From Podarcis liolepis (taxonomy: Eukaryota), in NCBI GenBank assembly GCA_965112155.1, contig OZ218105.1: DNA of 64,000 nucleotides; one strand, written 5' to 3'. Position numbers and translations under genes: made by a program. Under the pieces are notes generated by a model. That model was not told the DNA's origin, did no database searches, and saw only the letters and a program-made list of their open reading frames with translations. Below, one piece after another: positions 52,631 through 63,259 of this stretch; position 1 is the stretch's first letter; every line of letters begins with the position of its first letter.

Positions 52631-54284
52631 CCTTTCGGGAAAGGGCTCCTCCACCTCTTCCAATCTATAAAACAATAGAGAGTATCAGACTAGCATGTAT
52701 TTTGATACTTCTCTACATGCTTCAGGTTCACCTGCCGATAGTCCCAGCTCTGCTACTTTTATTTCAAAATCTATCAGCTTAACACCCACGCAAATAAAAT
52801 AGAGGGAGGAACAACACGGAAATCAAACACATAAGGAAGGTGAGTGGTTTAATTCTTTCTCTTTTGACATCACCCATTCTGGCTGAGAGGATGTTGTCTG
52901 ACTGGGCGACTTCAGTAGATTTTTCCATGACACATAAACCCATTGAAGATTTCATAATTAAGTCACGCCTTCCTGAAAAAATTACGAATTTCAAAAGTGG
53001 GGGAGGGGGAGAGGAGGAGAAAAGCCTGCCCATCTTGTGAAAAACAAGACAGTTTTAAACAAAACAGTGCTTCCAAGTTTTCACACTTTGAAACTTCAAT
53101 GAAATCTACAATATAAGGCATGGCATGTATTATACGGATGCTGGCTATAAATAGATTTCACAATGGAAAGTTAAGCTTTGATGAGCCCTTTTCTACTGCA
53201 AACATCACAGAGCTTGCAAAAGCCTGCAGGTTAACTTGCACATCCCTCTCTACGCTCCCCAAAGCAGAACAGTTCGTACTAAGCATTAAAAACCAAGTCA
53301 TTTTTGCAGGGAAAGAAACCCACAACAACCCAGGATTAAGATTCAAGAACAAAACTGAAGAGCTCCTCAAATAAAACACCATCATTACAACCTTTATTAC
53401 TATAACCTTTTCCATTCTTGCAAGTGCCAGATTTTAAAAGTGCGGGTTCAGTAACTGGGAATGTGTATGATACAGGTAAAGAGAGTTGGACGGTTAATGT
53501 GCATAAACACCTAGGCATTGTGCACATAATCGATCTGTGAAGATTATGCACATTCCACGGCCCCCCTCTCTCTCTTAATTTCTATAGTGTCTTTCATCCA
53601 AAGATCACAGGGCAGTTTAAATATAAAAAACACAATACATACCATAATAACAAACAAAAACAATAACACACACCCCACACACACAGTTATATGCATACCT
53701 GCCAACAGATGTTGGGGAATGCCCTCTCAACAGGATTTTGTACATTCTCCAGGTATTGTGCATAATTACCCCAACATATACTCATTCATGGACTACGCCA
53801 ATGAAATGAAATAAAGAGTGCTCAGGTTATTTTAAGACTGACTGAACAGTGCATGTTTACTCGGCTCCCAATATGTCAATGAGTCTTACTCTCAGGAAAA
53901 TATACACGGGTCAAAATCCTTAGATGTGTGCTCTCAGGTTTCTCCTTTAATTGCTTCTCATTCTCCAAGTACTGTATGAACCTTCATCTACCATCAGCAA
54001 GGGGGTTGGGAAGCCACAGAAAAGTAATCTCAAAGCAGCTAAGCCTAACTTCCAATCACTGATGGGAGGGAGTCATTTAACAGGCACATATAGGAATGAA
54101 TGTCAGTTTATTTGAAACAGATAGTTAATTGCTCTCTTAATATTTGTGTGTATTTGTTTAAAACCCACGCTATGCTTGCCCTAGAGCAGGGGTAGGCAAC
54201 CTAAGGCCTGTGGGCCGGATGCGGCCCAATCGCCTTCTCAATCCGGCCTGCAGGCGGTTCAGGAATCAGCGTGTTTTTACATGA

Positions 54285-54956
54285 CTGTGGGCTAAACCAC
54301 AGAGCCTAGGACTTGCCGATCAGAAGGTCAGAGCAGGGGTCTGCAACCTTTAAGACAAAAAGAGCCACTTGGACCCGTTTCCGAAGAAAAAACAACCTGG
54401 AAGCCGCAAAACCATTGCGACATTTAAAGCATGCGCGCCGCTGCCCTCCGATCTGACAGCAGGCGGGAAGGTGACGTCGGGACGGTGCGTGACTAACGCA
54501 CGCACCGCCCCATGCGATGTCACAGCCAGTACAGCACCCGCCACAGTGGGGAGTGTCGGGGCGCACAATGCGCCTCCTCCCCTCGCTAGTATCCGCCCTG
54601 GAGCCGCGGCAAAGGTGTAAAAGAGCCACATGCGGCTCCGGAGCCGTGGGTTGCAGACCCCTGGGTCAGAGGTTCAAATCCCCACGACGGGGTGAGCTCC
54701 CGTTGCTCGGTCCCTGCTCCTGCCAACCTAGCAGTTCGAAAGCACGTCAAAGTGCAAGTAAGTAGGTACAGCTCCGGCGGGAAGGTAAACAGCGTTTCCA
54801 TGCGCTGCTCTGGTTCGCCAGAAGCGGCTTACTCATGCTGGCCACATGACCCGGAAGCTGTATGCCAGCTCCCTCGGCCAATAAAGCGAGATGAGAGCCG
54901 CAACCCCAGAGTCGGCCACGACTGGACCTAATGGGCAGGGGTCCATTTACCTTTTT
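54285..54956 (+). mobile_element. Sauria-type SINE (5'-truncated), interrupted
   Basis: Halves 54285-54333 and 54664-54956 are colinear with other copies. Confidence 0.9.
54334..54663. mobile_element. hAT-type MITE inserted in the SINE
   Basis: Perfect TIR CAGGGGTCTGCAACC; TSD GGTCAGAG. Confidence 0.92.
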
Positions 54957-54970
54957 AATGTGTCCTTTTA

Positions 54971-55326
54971 CAGTGGTACCTCGCAAGACGAATGCCCCGC
55001 AAGACAAAAAAAATCGCTAGACGAAAGGGTTTTTTGTTTTTTGAGCTGCTTCGCAAGACGATTTTCCCTATGGGCTTGCTTCGCAAGACGGAAACATCTT
55101 GCAAGTTTGTTTCCTTTTTCTTAACACCGTTAATACAGTTGCGACTTAACTTCGAGGAGCAACTCATAGAACGCGGTGTGGTAGCCTTTTTTGAGGTTTT
55201 TAAAGGCTTTGGTGATTTTTGAAGCTTTTCCAAAACTTTCCCGACGCCGTGCTTCACAAGACGAAAAAAATCGCAAGGCGACAAAACTCGCGGAACGAAT
55301 TAATTTCGTCTTGCGAGGCACCACTG
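54971..55326. mobile_element. Tigger-like MITE with repeated TCGCAAGACG motif
   Basis: TA|CAGTGGTACCTCGCAAGACGAA...TTCGTCTTGCGAGGCACCACTG|TA. Confidence 0.9.
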
Positions 55327-56117
55327 TATTTAAAATGCATTTCTGGGTTATTTGTGGGGTCTGCCTGGTGCTTTTACATGAGTAGAATGTGTGCTTTTAT
55401 TTAAAATGCATCTCTGGGTTCTTTGTGGGGCATAGGAATTTGTTCATTATTTTTTTTTTCAAAATATAGTCCGGCCCACCACATGGTCTGAGGGACGGTG
55501 AACCGGCCTACGGATGAAAAAGGTTACTGACCCCTGCCCTAGAGTACTTGTATTCCTCACCCCACCCCACCCCACCCCCCAAAAAAACACCAGTGGAGTC
55601 TCAAAATCTAGCGAATTGCCTCCAGCCACAACTTTAAAATCCTGCTTGGAACTACCGAACGGCAAACAATAATTTGCAGCAAACTCTTTGTAGAGCAAGC
55701 AAGGGGATAAAAAAAGAGAAAGAAACGAAAAACGCTGCACACACAAGCCCCTGGGAAGCAGATATTTTAAGCAAGTTGTAAATGGGCCAGTCAAACAGCA
55801 TCACCTCCACATAGAAGACTCAAATAAGAACAGGGCTTATGAACCTTCAATACACAGGTAGAGGGAATTTTGGCAGGTACAGTTACTGAAATCCAGGCTT
55901 TTTAGTACTTCAAAAGGGCACTGCTTGGATGAACTGCTTTGCGTCAGCTACCCCTACCTGCAGCCAAGGTTCCCTCTACAAGGTTTGAAAATAACATGCA
56001 GTGTTAGAAACTCAGATATATAAGATAATCACCAAATTGCACCTTAAACCTAGGTTACAGTTGCCACAACGGAATGTCTAGGTGCCTTTTTTTTTTTGCA
56101 ATGACATTTATTATTAA

Positions 56118-56169
56118 TAATTTCATTTCTATTATTAATTTCATTTCTATTATTAATTTCATTTCTATT
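56118..56169. repeat. 18-bp tandem repeat x3 (TAATTTCATTTCTATTAT)
   Basis: Direct reading. Confidence 0.85.
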
Positions 56170-56350
56170 TTAAAGGAAAAACCCCTCAAAAGTGGTTCAT
56201 AACACATTCAAAATCAAATGAAACAATCCAGACTAACACAAATTCAAGCTTGAAGGAAAATATTTCAGGTGCTTCTCTAAGTGACATTTGGTTTTCTCCA
56301 TATTTATGTACCTACTTAATTTATAGAGCTTAATTTACAGAAGAACTCTA

Positions 56351-56545
56351 GGAAGCCAGTCTGGTGCAGTGGTTAAGACTAGGACCTGGGAGATCAGGGT
56401 TCAAATCCCCACTCAGTCCTGAACCTCACTGGGTGACTGTGGTCCAGTAACAGCCTAACCTATCTCACAGGGTCGCTGTAGGGGTTAACGGAGGAGGGGA
56501 ATGAACCACATGTTCCTTGGAGAAAAAAGTGTGATATAATTGCAA
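56351..56545 (+). mobile_element. CORE/MIR-like squamate SINE, degenerate
   Basis: GCCAGTCTGGTGCAGTGGTTAAGA...GGGTTCAAATCCCC...GGGTGACTGTGGTCCAGT. Confidence 0.7.
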
Positions 56546-57263
56546 CAAATAAGCTCATCTGATTACCTGCTTAAGAAAGCTGGAGGGACCAGCCAGATGG
56601 AGATGTCAGTTGCCAACCTGCCATCCAGTGAGCTCCATGTGGTCGCGACTGGACCAGCGCCAGTCGCAAAACACACCTGGCGCCTGGCTAATTTCGAACA
56701 CGGCACCAAGGTGGTGAACATCCATTCATAACTCAGTTGATTTAACATGCTCAATTTAAGTTATTTTAATTTCTGTGTATTTGACCAGCTATCTTCTCTT
56801 CTCCCCCAGGGCTCAATTTGTTAAGTCTTTAAGAGGCAAAGGATTTTACATACTGCACAAAAAATAATAATCGCATTCAAGTCTACAATAGCTACTAAGA
56901 TAGCTTGCAAACACAACTGCTTATTATCACACCATGATTGTGACAATTGGTAGAGGAGAATTGTTTGCATGACAGGGGGAACATGCCTGTTTACAGGCAA
57001 CAGCCATGTAATGTAGATTAGCCAGAGAAGGCTGGTCCAAGATCACCAAGTGAGCTTCCCTGCTAAGCAGCTATTTGAACCTGGGTGTCTCGAGTCTTAG
57101 TTCCACTGACTCTCATTACATTCAATTGACCTTCACCAACTTCATCCGCCCCTTATGTTACAAGACTACAACCCCCATCATCCCCAACTATTGGTTAAAC
57201 TAGCTGGGATTGATGGGAGTTGGAGTCCAAAAGATATGGAAGTCATCAGGATGAAAAATGCTG

Positions 57264-57266
<3 letters not shown>

Positions 57267-57300
<34 letters not shown>
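57267..57300. repeat. (AAT)n microsatellite
   Basis: Direct reading. Confidence 0.95.
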
Positions 57301-57301
<1 letters not shown>

Positions 57302-58831
57302 TAGATTACAGAATAGCCAGTACGTACTTTTACCTGCTTACGAAGAGAAGCAGCAACAGACAAGGCCATATTCAGATTTCAAATGTATGGATTCTATCTG
57401 TGCCATTCACACACAACAGAAACCAAGGCTGTCTTCAGCTCCTGTTCCTCTACAACTATTCTCGGCCTACATAGACCAGCAAAACATTTCCTTAAAAGCT
57501 GGCTTATACAACTGTTACGCATTCAAGCTGAAAACAGCTCAGCCAGGGTCTCATTTGGCCACCTGTCCAGGATGGCAAATGGTAGGAATGGTGATTGAAC
57601 ATCAGGGAGCTCACAATACAGACAAAAAGGGGCTGTCGGGCTACATTTGGCTTCTGCGGTATCAGGCCTGCCTGATATTCAAAGAAAGCAAAGCGTATTT
57701 AAAAACTGAAATGGAAAAGCTGAAAAAATGCATCTGTCTGGAGACAGCTCAGCTCACTCAGGTGGGTCCAGGCTTTGCAGCTTTCCCACATTTTGTACGG
57801 AACAAGGAAAGAGAGCTTCACCCAAAACGAAACACAGGGCATCCAATTTAACCCTGAAACCACAGCGCCTTAACAGAAAGATCAATTATGGCACAGCCCA
57901 GAGCTCCTCCTCTCATCCGAAAGGTCATTCAAAGCATGACTCACCTTCCTATGTGCACATTTTCAAGCAGTAAAGGAAATCTATATGGCAGTTAAACATG
58001 CAACACTAATATAAATATTGTTGACAAGACAGGAACTTTCGGGTGCTGTTATTGACCAAGTCCAGGCACCAAGACAAAAGCCTGCCTTCAGTCTATATTG
58101 AGAAGCCAATCTTAAACCATGCTAACTGTAGAGAAATCTCAACTTCATTGGACTCGCTCCCACAACTATGTAAAGAAACACAATCCCATACATATATCAT
58201 GGAGTCCACTGGTTGAACAGACTCTGGAACTGAGCCTTAGACGCCCACCCCATTACAAATAGGTAGAGAACCATACATTGTGTACTCAGCAGATTAAGAG
58301 ATGTGATATTTCATTAATATACCGTACATGCAAATTTGCCATGGAAAAATGATGACAATTCTGGTTAAGAGGAGATAACCCCCTCTTTCCATCTGAAAAG
58401 ACTCAGCGTTTTTATTTTTGCTACAGCAGGTACTTGAAAAGTAGCCACTTGATCCTATCACAGGTAGCTGAACAAAACAGCTAAGAAGCACAATGATGCC
58501 TCTGTGAACAGAAGAGGGGGAGAAAATGCTTCTACACAATGGTATTCTGATTCCAAGCATGTTTACGTGGAAGCAAAAACCCAGCAATTTTAAAGGACCT
58601 CACCTCCAACATATATATTGTTCTAAGACTGTAGCATAAAGGAAGACCCAGAGGACAACCTTTCCATGTTAGCCTGGTGTACCTGAAAAGCACTTAAGCA
58701 GCAAACAGGTTTCAAGGTGAGCTGAGCTACAGTTTCCAACAGGTCCTCCCCAAACACCCCTTTTGAAACTCTTACCTCCCCCTCCCCCCAAGGCCCTTAC
58801 CCAGCTATAAAACAGACTGGGGGAAATGACT

Positions 58832-58871
58832 CTAGATTCAGGTAGGTAGCCTTGTTGGTCTGACGCAGTAG

Positions 58872-58919
<48 letters not shown>

Positions 58920-58991
58920 AGTAGCACCTTAGAGACCAACTAAGTTTGTTCTTGGCATGAGCTTTCATATGCATGCACACTTCTTCAGATA
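58832..58991 (-). mobile_element. Penelope-like retroelement terminal fragment with internal (TA)n
   Basis: GGTAGCC.TGTTGGTCTG...TCCAGTAGCACCTTAGAGACCAACTAAG...CACACTTCTTCAGATA signature; flanked by the 17-bp direct repeat GACTGGGGGAAATGACT (58815-58831, 58996-59012). Confidence 0.7.
58956..58991 (-). ncRNA. Minimal type-I hammerhead ribozyme-like motif (probably degenerate)
   Basis: Minus strand reads UAU-CUGAAGA-A-GUGUG-CAUG-CAUAU-GAA-AGCU-C-AUG: core boxes, stem II, palindromic AGCU stem III and a UC cleavage site. Confidence 0.6.
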
Positions 58992-59386
58992 AAATGACTG
59001 GGGGAAATGACTGAATGGTGTCAGAATCCCAAAACTTCTGACCTCCACTGGAAAGTTCCCAAAGCATGACAATGCCAAGGCCGGGAAACATTTGCCACCT
59101 TTGCAAGAGGTGATCACACCCCTCTCCCCAAACCTCCCACACACACAGGCCTTTAGCTCATGCATCAATATTGTTTGCTCACTCCATCAATTAACCTGCA
59201 GATCGGGAACAGATTTTCACATTTTCTCCATTTCTGCAGCAGACCCTCATTTCTGAGGAAGCGCACCAAGGGTGTAGTTACTGTATTAGGTTGGGTAGCA
59301 TCCACGCTGTCCTGTGCAGATGAAAACAAGCATGCGCGCCTTTCACACACACACACCCCTTCATACATAATTCCTTCCTCACCCAC

Positions 59387-61013
59387 CTGCATAGAAGCGG
59401 ATGAGGCAGCCGGTCTCCGAGTCCATGCCCTCCTCCTGCACCCGCCACAGGTCCCGGAAGCCCAGCTGCGAGAGGTAGTCGTTTTGGACCTGCAAGGGCT
59501 GCTCGTGAGGCTCCAGCCGGCGGGCGGTCTCCCCATGCAGTTGCACGTACAAGGCCGGAGGCTGCGGCGGGGAGGAGGCGGCGGCGGCATCCCCGGCGGA
59601 AGAGGGATCCCCTCCCGGCGCCTTCCCCGCGCCGGGGGACTCCCCCGCGGCTCTGCCCCCCCGGGGGTTCTCCGCGTGCGCCGACGGCAGGCCGCCCAGG
59701 CGGGCCCGGCGGCTCCTGCCAGGCCCCGATCCGGCCCCTTCCCCCTCCGCCGTTGCCGGCCCAGGAGGAGGAGGGTCCGCCTCTAACTCCTCCGACGAAG
59801 ACGAGGAGCCGCCGCCGCCGCTGTAGGCGTCCAGCCGGTCCGAGGTGCTCTCCGCGCTGGGGCTGAAGCTCTCCGTGTCCGAGCCCCCCAGGAGGGACGG
59901 GCAGGAGAGCGGGGGGCCCGATAGGTAGAGCTGCGCAGGTGGCGGGGGAGGAAAGGCCCGCCCGGGGCTGCAGTCGGAGGGCGACAGGCAGGGGCGGCCA
60001 CCTGCGCGGCCGTTCTCCCCGCCGCCGAGAGCCAAGCGCCCCGGTCGGGGAGCCGCCTCGCCGCCGCCCCCCAAACCGCTGGGGGTCCCCCGACGGTTTC
60101 GCGGCCTCCTCCCGGCCGGTATCGGGGTCAGGCTGCCAGCTGGGCAAGTCGAAGCCTCCGCGGGGCCGGGCAGCGCCTCTTCTGCTCCCCCGGGCTCGGC
60201 GGATGGGTCTGCCGCAAAATCGCCGTCCATTTCTCCTTCATCCTCCTCCTCCTCTTCCTCCTCTTCTTCCCCTTCTTCTTCATGGGGGCCGCGCGCCTCT
60301 ATGGTGGTTGCTGCCGCCGCCGCCGCCGCCTTCCCCAAGACCCGGACGGCGCTGCTGCCCGCTCCACGGTGCCCGAGCTGTAACAACCGCGACGCCACCT
60401 CGGCCGCCGTCGTCTCCAAGGTGCAAAGCACCGGCCGCAGGTAGCAGCCGCCGCCGCCCCCTCGCTGCTGGTGATGGTGGTGGTAGTAGTAGACATGGAC
60501 GCATCCCCGCTGGAGGTCCCGTCGCACCCAGTCCCGCTCCGGCGGCTGCAGAGGCTGGAGCTGCCGGGGCGGCTTGGGCAGCAGGAGCAGCGCCTTCCGA
60601 TCCAGGCTGCGGGTGCCCAGCGAGGCGGCAGCGGCGGCCGAAGAGGAAGACGACGAGGAGGAGGCGGCGGCCGAGAGGTTCCTTTTCAGCCTGCCCCTCC
60701 GCAGCAGAAGCGAGTTGGCGCCGCCGCTGCTGGGAACGGCCGCCGCTGCCGGAGTCCCGTTGGCCGCCAGCGTGAGGGAAGCCGCGCCGCCGCCGCCGGC
60801 TCCAGCCGCGGCCCCTCGCCTCCTTCGCCGCTGCGGGCCGCCCCCGGCTACACCCTCTGCTGCTGCGACAGCAACGGCTGCTGCTGCCTCGCCGCTTCTC
60901 AGCGGGCCCTCGGTGCCGGCCTGGCCCGCGTAGCCGAGCCGCTCCCGCTTGCCGGCCGTCGGGGCCGCCGCCGCTGCCCTGCTCCCGCGCTGAGGTTGCT
61001 GCGCAGGTTCCAT
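59387..61013 (-). CDS. PHLPP1: PH domain leucine-rich repeat protein phosphatase 1 (PHLPP1/SCOP), coding part of exon 1 (542 codons + 1 nt, phase-1 donor)
   Basis: ORF 59379..61043 contains recognisable PHLPP1 N-terminal blocks: RRRRR, LLRRGRLKRNLSAAA, GTRSLDRK, DWVRRDLQRGCVHV, YLRPVLCTLETTAAEVASRLLQLGH, SDTESFSPSAESTSDRLD.YS, LYVQLHGETARRLEPHEQPLQVQNDYLSQLGFRDLWRVQEEGMDSETGCLIRFYAG. The track start (61043) is TTG; the first ATG is at 61013 in a strong context (ACAATGG). Donor CAG|GTGGGT at 59387/59386. Confidence 0.95.
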
Positions 61014-61073
61014 TGTGGAACGCGGAGACACGCCGCGTTCCAAAGCGGCGGGCGGGGGGCGGGGGGAGCGCGA

Positions 61074-61118
61074 TTATGTAGCAACTGCGAACATTCCGTC
61101 GCTGTCGCCGCGTTCCAT
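61074..61118 (-). other. Upstream ORF 2 (MERGDSDGMFAVAT*), in frame with the main CDS but stopped
   Basis: ATG at 61118, TAA at 61076-61074; starts 105 nt upstream of the main ATG. Confidence 0.5.
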
Positions 61119-61123
61119 TCGGC

Positions 61124-61165
61124 TCAAGCCCGCCGCCGCCGCCGCGCAGCTGCTGCCAGCGCCAT
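61124..61165 (-). other. Upstream ORF 1 (MALAAAARRRRRA*)
   Basis: ATG at 61165, TGA at 61126-61124. Functional only if the TSS lies upstream of 61165. Confidence 0.5.
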
Positions 61166-61511
61166 TAGGGACTGGAGGGTGGGGGGAGGATCAGCAGCAG
61201 CAAGCAAGCAAGCAGCCACCGCCTCCTCCGCCTCCTCCTCCCACCCGGCCCGGCCTCCACTTCGGAGGCTCCTTATGAATATTAATTGCAGCAGGCCTCG
61301 TCGGAGCGGCGCGATTTTTCGTCTCTTGCACCCCGCCTCCCAGTTCCCTCTATTAGCAACGCCTTCTCAATATTCATGAGGAGGGGGGGTGACGCCATCC
61401 CTCGTGAGGTAGCAGGGGGCGGGGCTCCGGCGATAAACAAAACGTGACAACCTGCGCCGCTTTTCTCTCTTATACCCACCCACCCACGAGGAGGAGCGTG
61501 GGAAGCCCGAC

Positions 61512-61596
61512 GCTGCCGGGAAATGTAGTCCTCGGGCCCGGAGAGGCCTCCGCGAGAAGCTACCAGCTGAGACTACGTATCCCACAAGGCACCGCG
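61512..61596. promoter_or_regulatory. Divergent pair of ZNF143(Staf)/THAP11-type promoter motifs
   Basis: Minus ACTACATTTCCCGGCAGC (61529-61512) and plus ACTACGTATCCCACAAGGCACCGCG (61572-61596); both fit ACTAYRNNNCCCR. Confidence 0.75.
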
Positions 61597-63259
61597 CCGT
61601 TCCCGTTGGGCGGGAGCCGGGCCTCTCCCGCCCTTGCTTGCTCCTGCCCGCCTACTGCCCGATTCTGCAGTTGCCCTTGACCCCCCCCCCCGGGCATACC
61701 TGCCCGCCCTTAACCTTTGCATATCATTGCAGAGTGGGAACTTTTGCTTTTAAACGAGCGTACGAATTAACCTTTGCAGAGAGACGCTGTCAAACGGGCT
61801 TAGCTAATGCATGCAAGCTAGCTCTGGCGTTAGCTGTGATAACTCCACGGGTGAAACGCGGAATCAGTCCACCTGCAAAGGAAACTTTTTGTTTTTTAAT
61901 ACTGCTCTTTTGTGCGCAGGCATTTCTGTGCAAAAAGAGCTGTTTTGATTGTAAAAACAGAAATAACAACAAACGTGCCTTCAGCAGCTGGTTGTGGGGA
62001 AAGGCAGACTGCAGCCTTTCCTTTGGGCTGATGGAAACAAAATGGAAGTAGAGGCATGGAGGGAGACAGCACCCAGCAAAACATCACTACAGGCAGGGCT
62101 TTCCGCCCCCCCCCCAGCCAGAACTCAAATTATCTGTCAGGAGGGCTGAACTGACCTGGCCCACATCCTTCCAGAGCTAGCAAGCCCCACCTTGCCTGGC
62201 CAGGACGTAGGCCTGTTACGCCTTCTGGGCTTGATGAGGCATGTGGCCCCCACCTGGCCTGAGCCTACTCCAGCTGAGGAATCGGGCAACTCCTCCCCAA
62301 GCTAGGGAGCCCCAGCTGGGCTGTGGGTCCTTGCCTGCCTTCCCTCAGAACTGACAGCTATAAGTTCTGGAATCCTGAGGTCAGGGGTGGTATGTCCCAT
62401 TTTGCCACTTGGGGCAAAACAGGAAGTGCCACCCTCCTCTGCCAGACCACCACCACCAGTGGGGCACTCATTCACCAAGGGTTTTCAGGGGTGATTCCCA
62501 AACTGCCACAGCACATTGGCTTACTATAAGTAAGAATAAATGTTCTTATGAGCCCACAATTATGGAGGAGGAGGAATCATTAAATGCTCTGATTTAGTTT
62601 TCTTCTGCAGAGGATGCATTCAAACACTGTAAAAAATAATTCTTTCTCAGATGTAAAAGCGAAGTGTGTATCTGTTTCTAAATTTAAAAATAATAACGCA
62701 TTTCAGGCATTAAAAGTAAGGAAAACACCGGTTTACAATCAACACATGTCCTACCATTAGGCAGGGTGGTTTGGGGTACCATTGAAGGGCAGTCAAACAT
62801 TATTTACTAAGTTTCTTGCTGCATTTTTCTCCAGAGAGAGAGGTACTTGGGTGATTTTGTCTCAGTAGCCAAAATGACTTGGCCAGCCCATGTTTCTCTG
62901 TGTGTGTGTGTTGTGATTTGCTGCTCCTCCGCAAGCAGCAAAATGTCTAGCTATATATGTGCTTTTCCCCCCTTCCCAAAGCACTGACAGGGAATTGCTT
63001 GAGCTGTCAGAAGTCACCTTGCCCAAGGCCATCCTCAAAGTGCAGGGAGCTAGAGCTAGGCCTGCTCCCACGTTCACAGCTAGCATTATCCAAATGAATG
63101 CTCCAAGTTGATAATGTGAATTTCAATGGGCTGGTTTTTTGTTTTTGTTTTTGTTTCTGTTCTAGTAACATATAGCCGTGGTGGCACACTCCAAGGTCAC
63201 CAGAATTGGTAACATCAGGATTTGTTTGCAACATCTGCAGAGGTCACTGAAACTCTGTA

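Larger units (their letters stand above)
54187..55536 (-). mobile_element. hAT-type MITE (outer shell of a four-element nest)
   Basis: CAGGGGTAGGCAAC...GGTTACTGACCCCTG; TSD CCCTAGAG (54179-54186, 55537-55544); reverse complement of the 29694 family. Confidence 0.88.
1..59386 (-). other. PHLPP1: PHLPP1 intron 1 (partial, >59 kb)
   Basis: Starts at the GT donor. The expected exon-2 peptide (KPHSTGSSERIQLSGMYNVRKGK-like) is absent from the ORF track and was not seen by eye. Repeat-rich throughout. Confidence 0.8.
59390..61700. promoter_or_regulatory. CpG island spanning the PHLPP1 promoter, 5' leader and exon 1
   Basis: Abrupt change to very GC- and CpG-rich sequence compared with the CpG-poor flanks. 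Confidence 0.9.

Noticed and set aside
56590-56710. Inverted similarity with 30070-30150 (TGTT.GAAATTAGCCAGGC)
   Set aside because: Probably one-ended remnants of an old DNA transposon; too degenerate to define
61014-61043. ORF-track start at 61043
   Set aside because: The codon is TTG; the ATG at 61013 has a strong context and gives the MEPA-type N terminus
59160-61379. Long overlapping ORFs on the + strand and in alternative frames (208, 278, 289, 302 aa)
   Set aside because: Stop-poor shadows of the very GC-rich PHLPP1 exon; low complexity and no recognisable motifs
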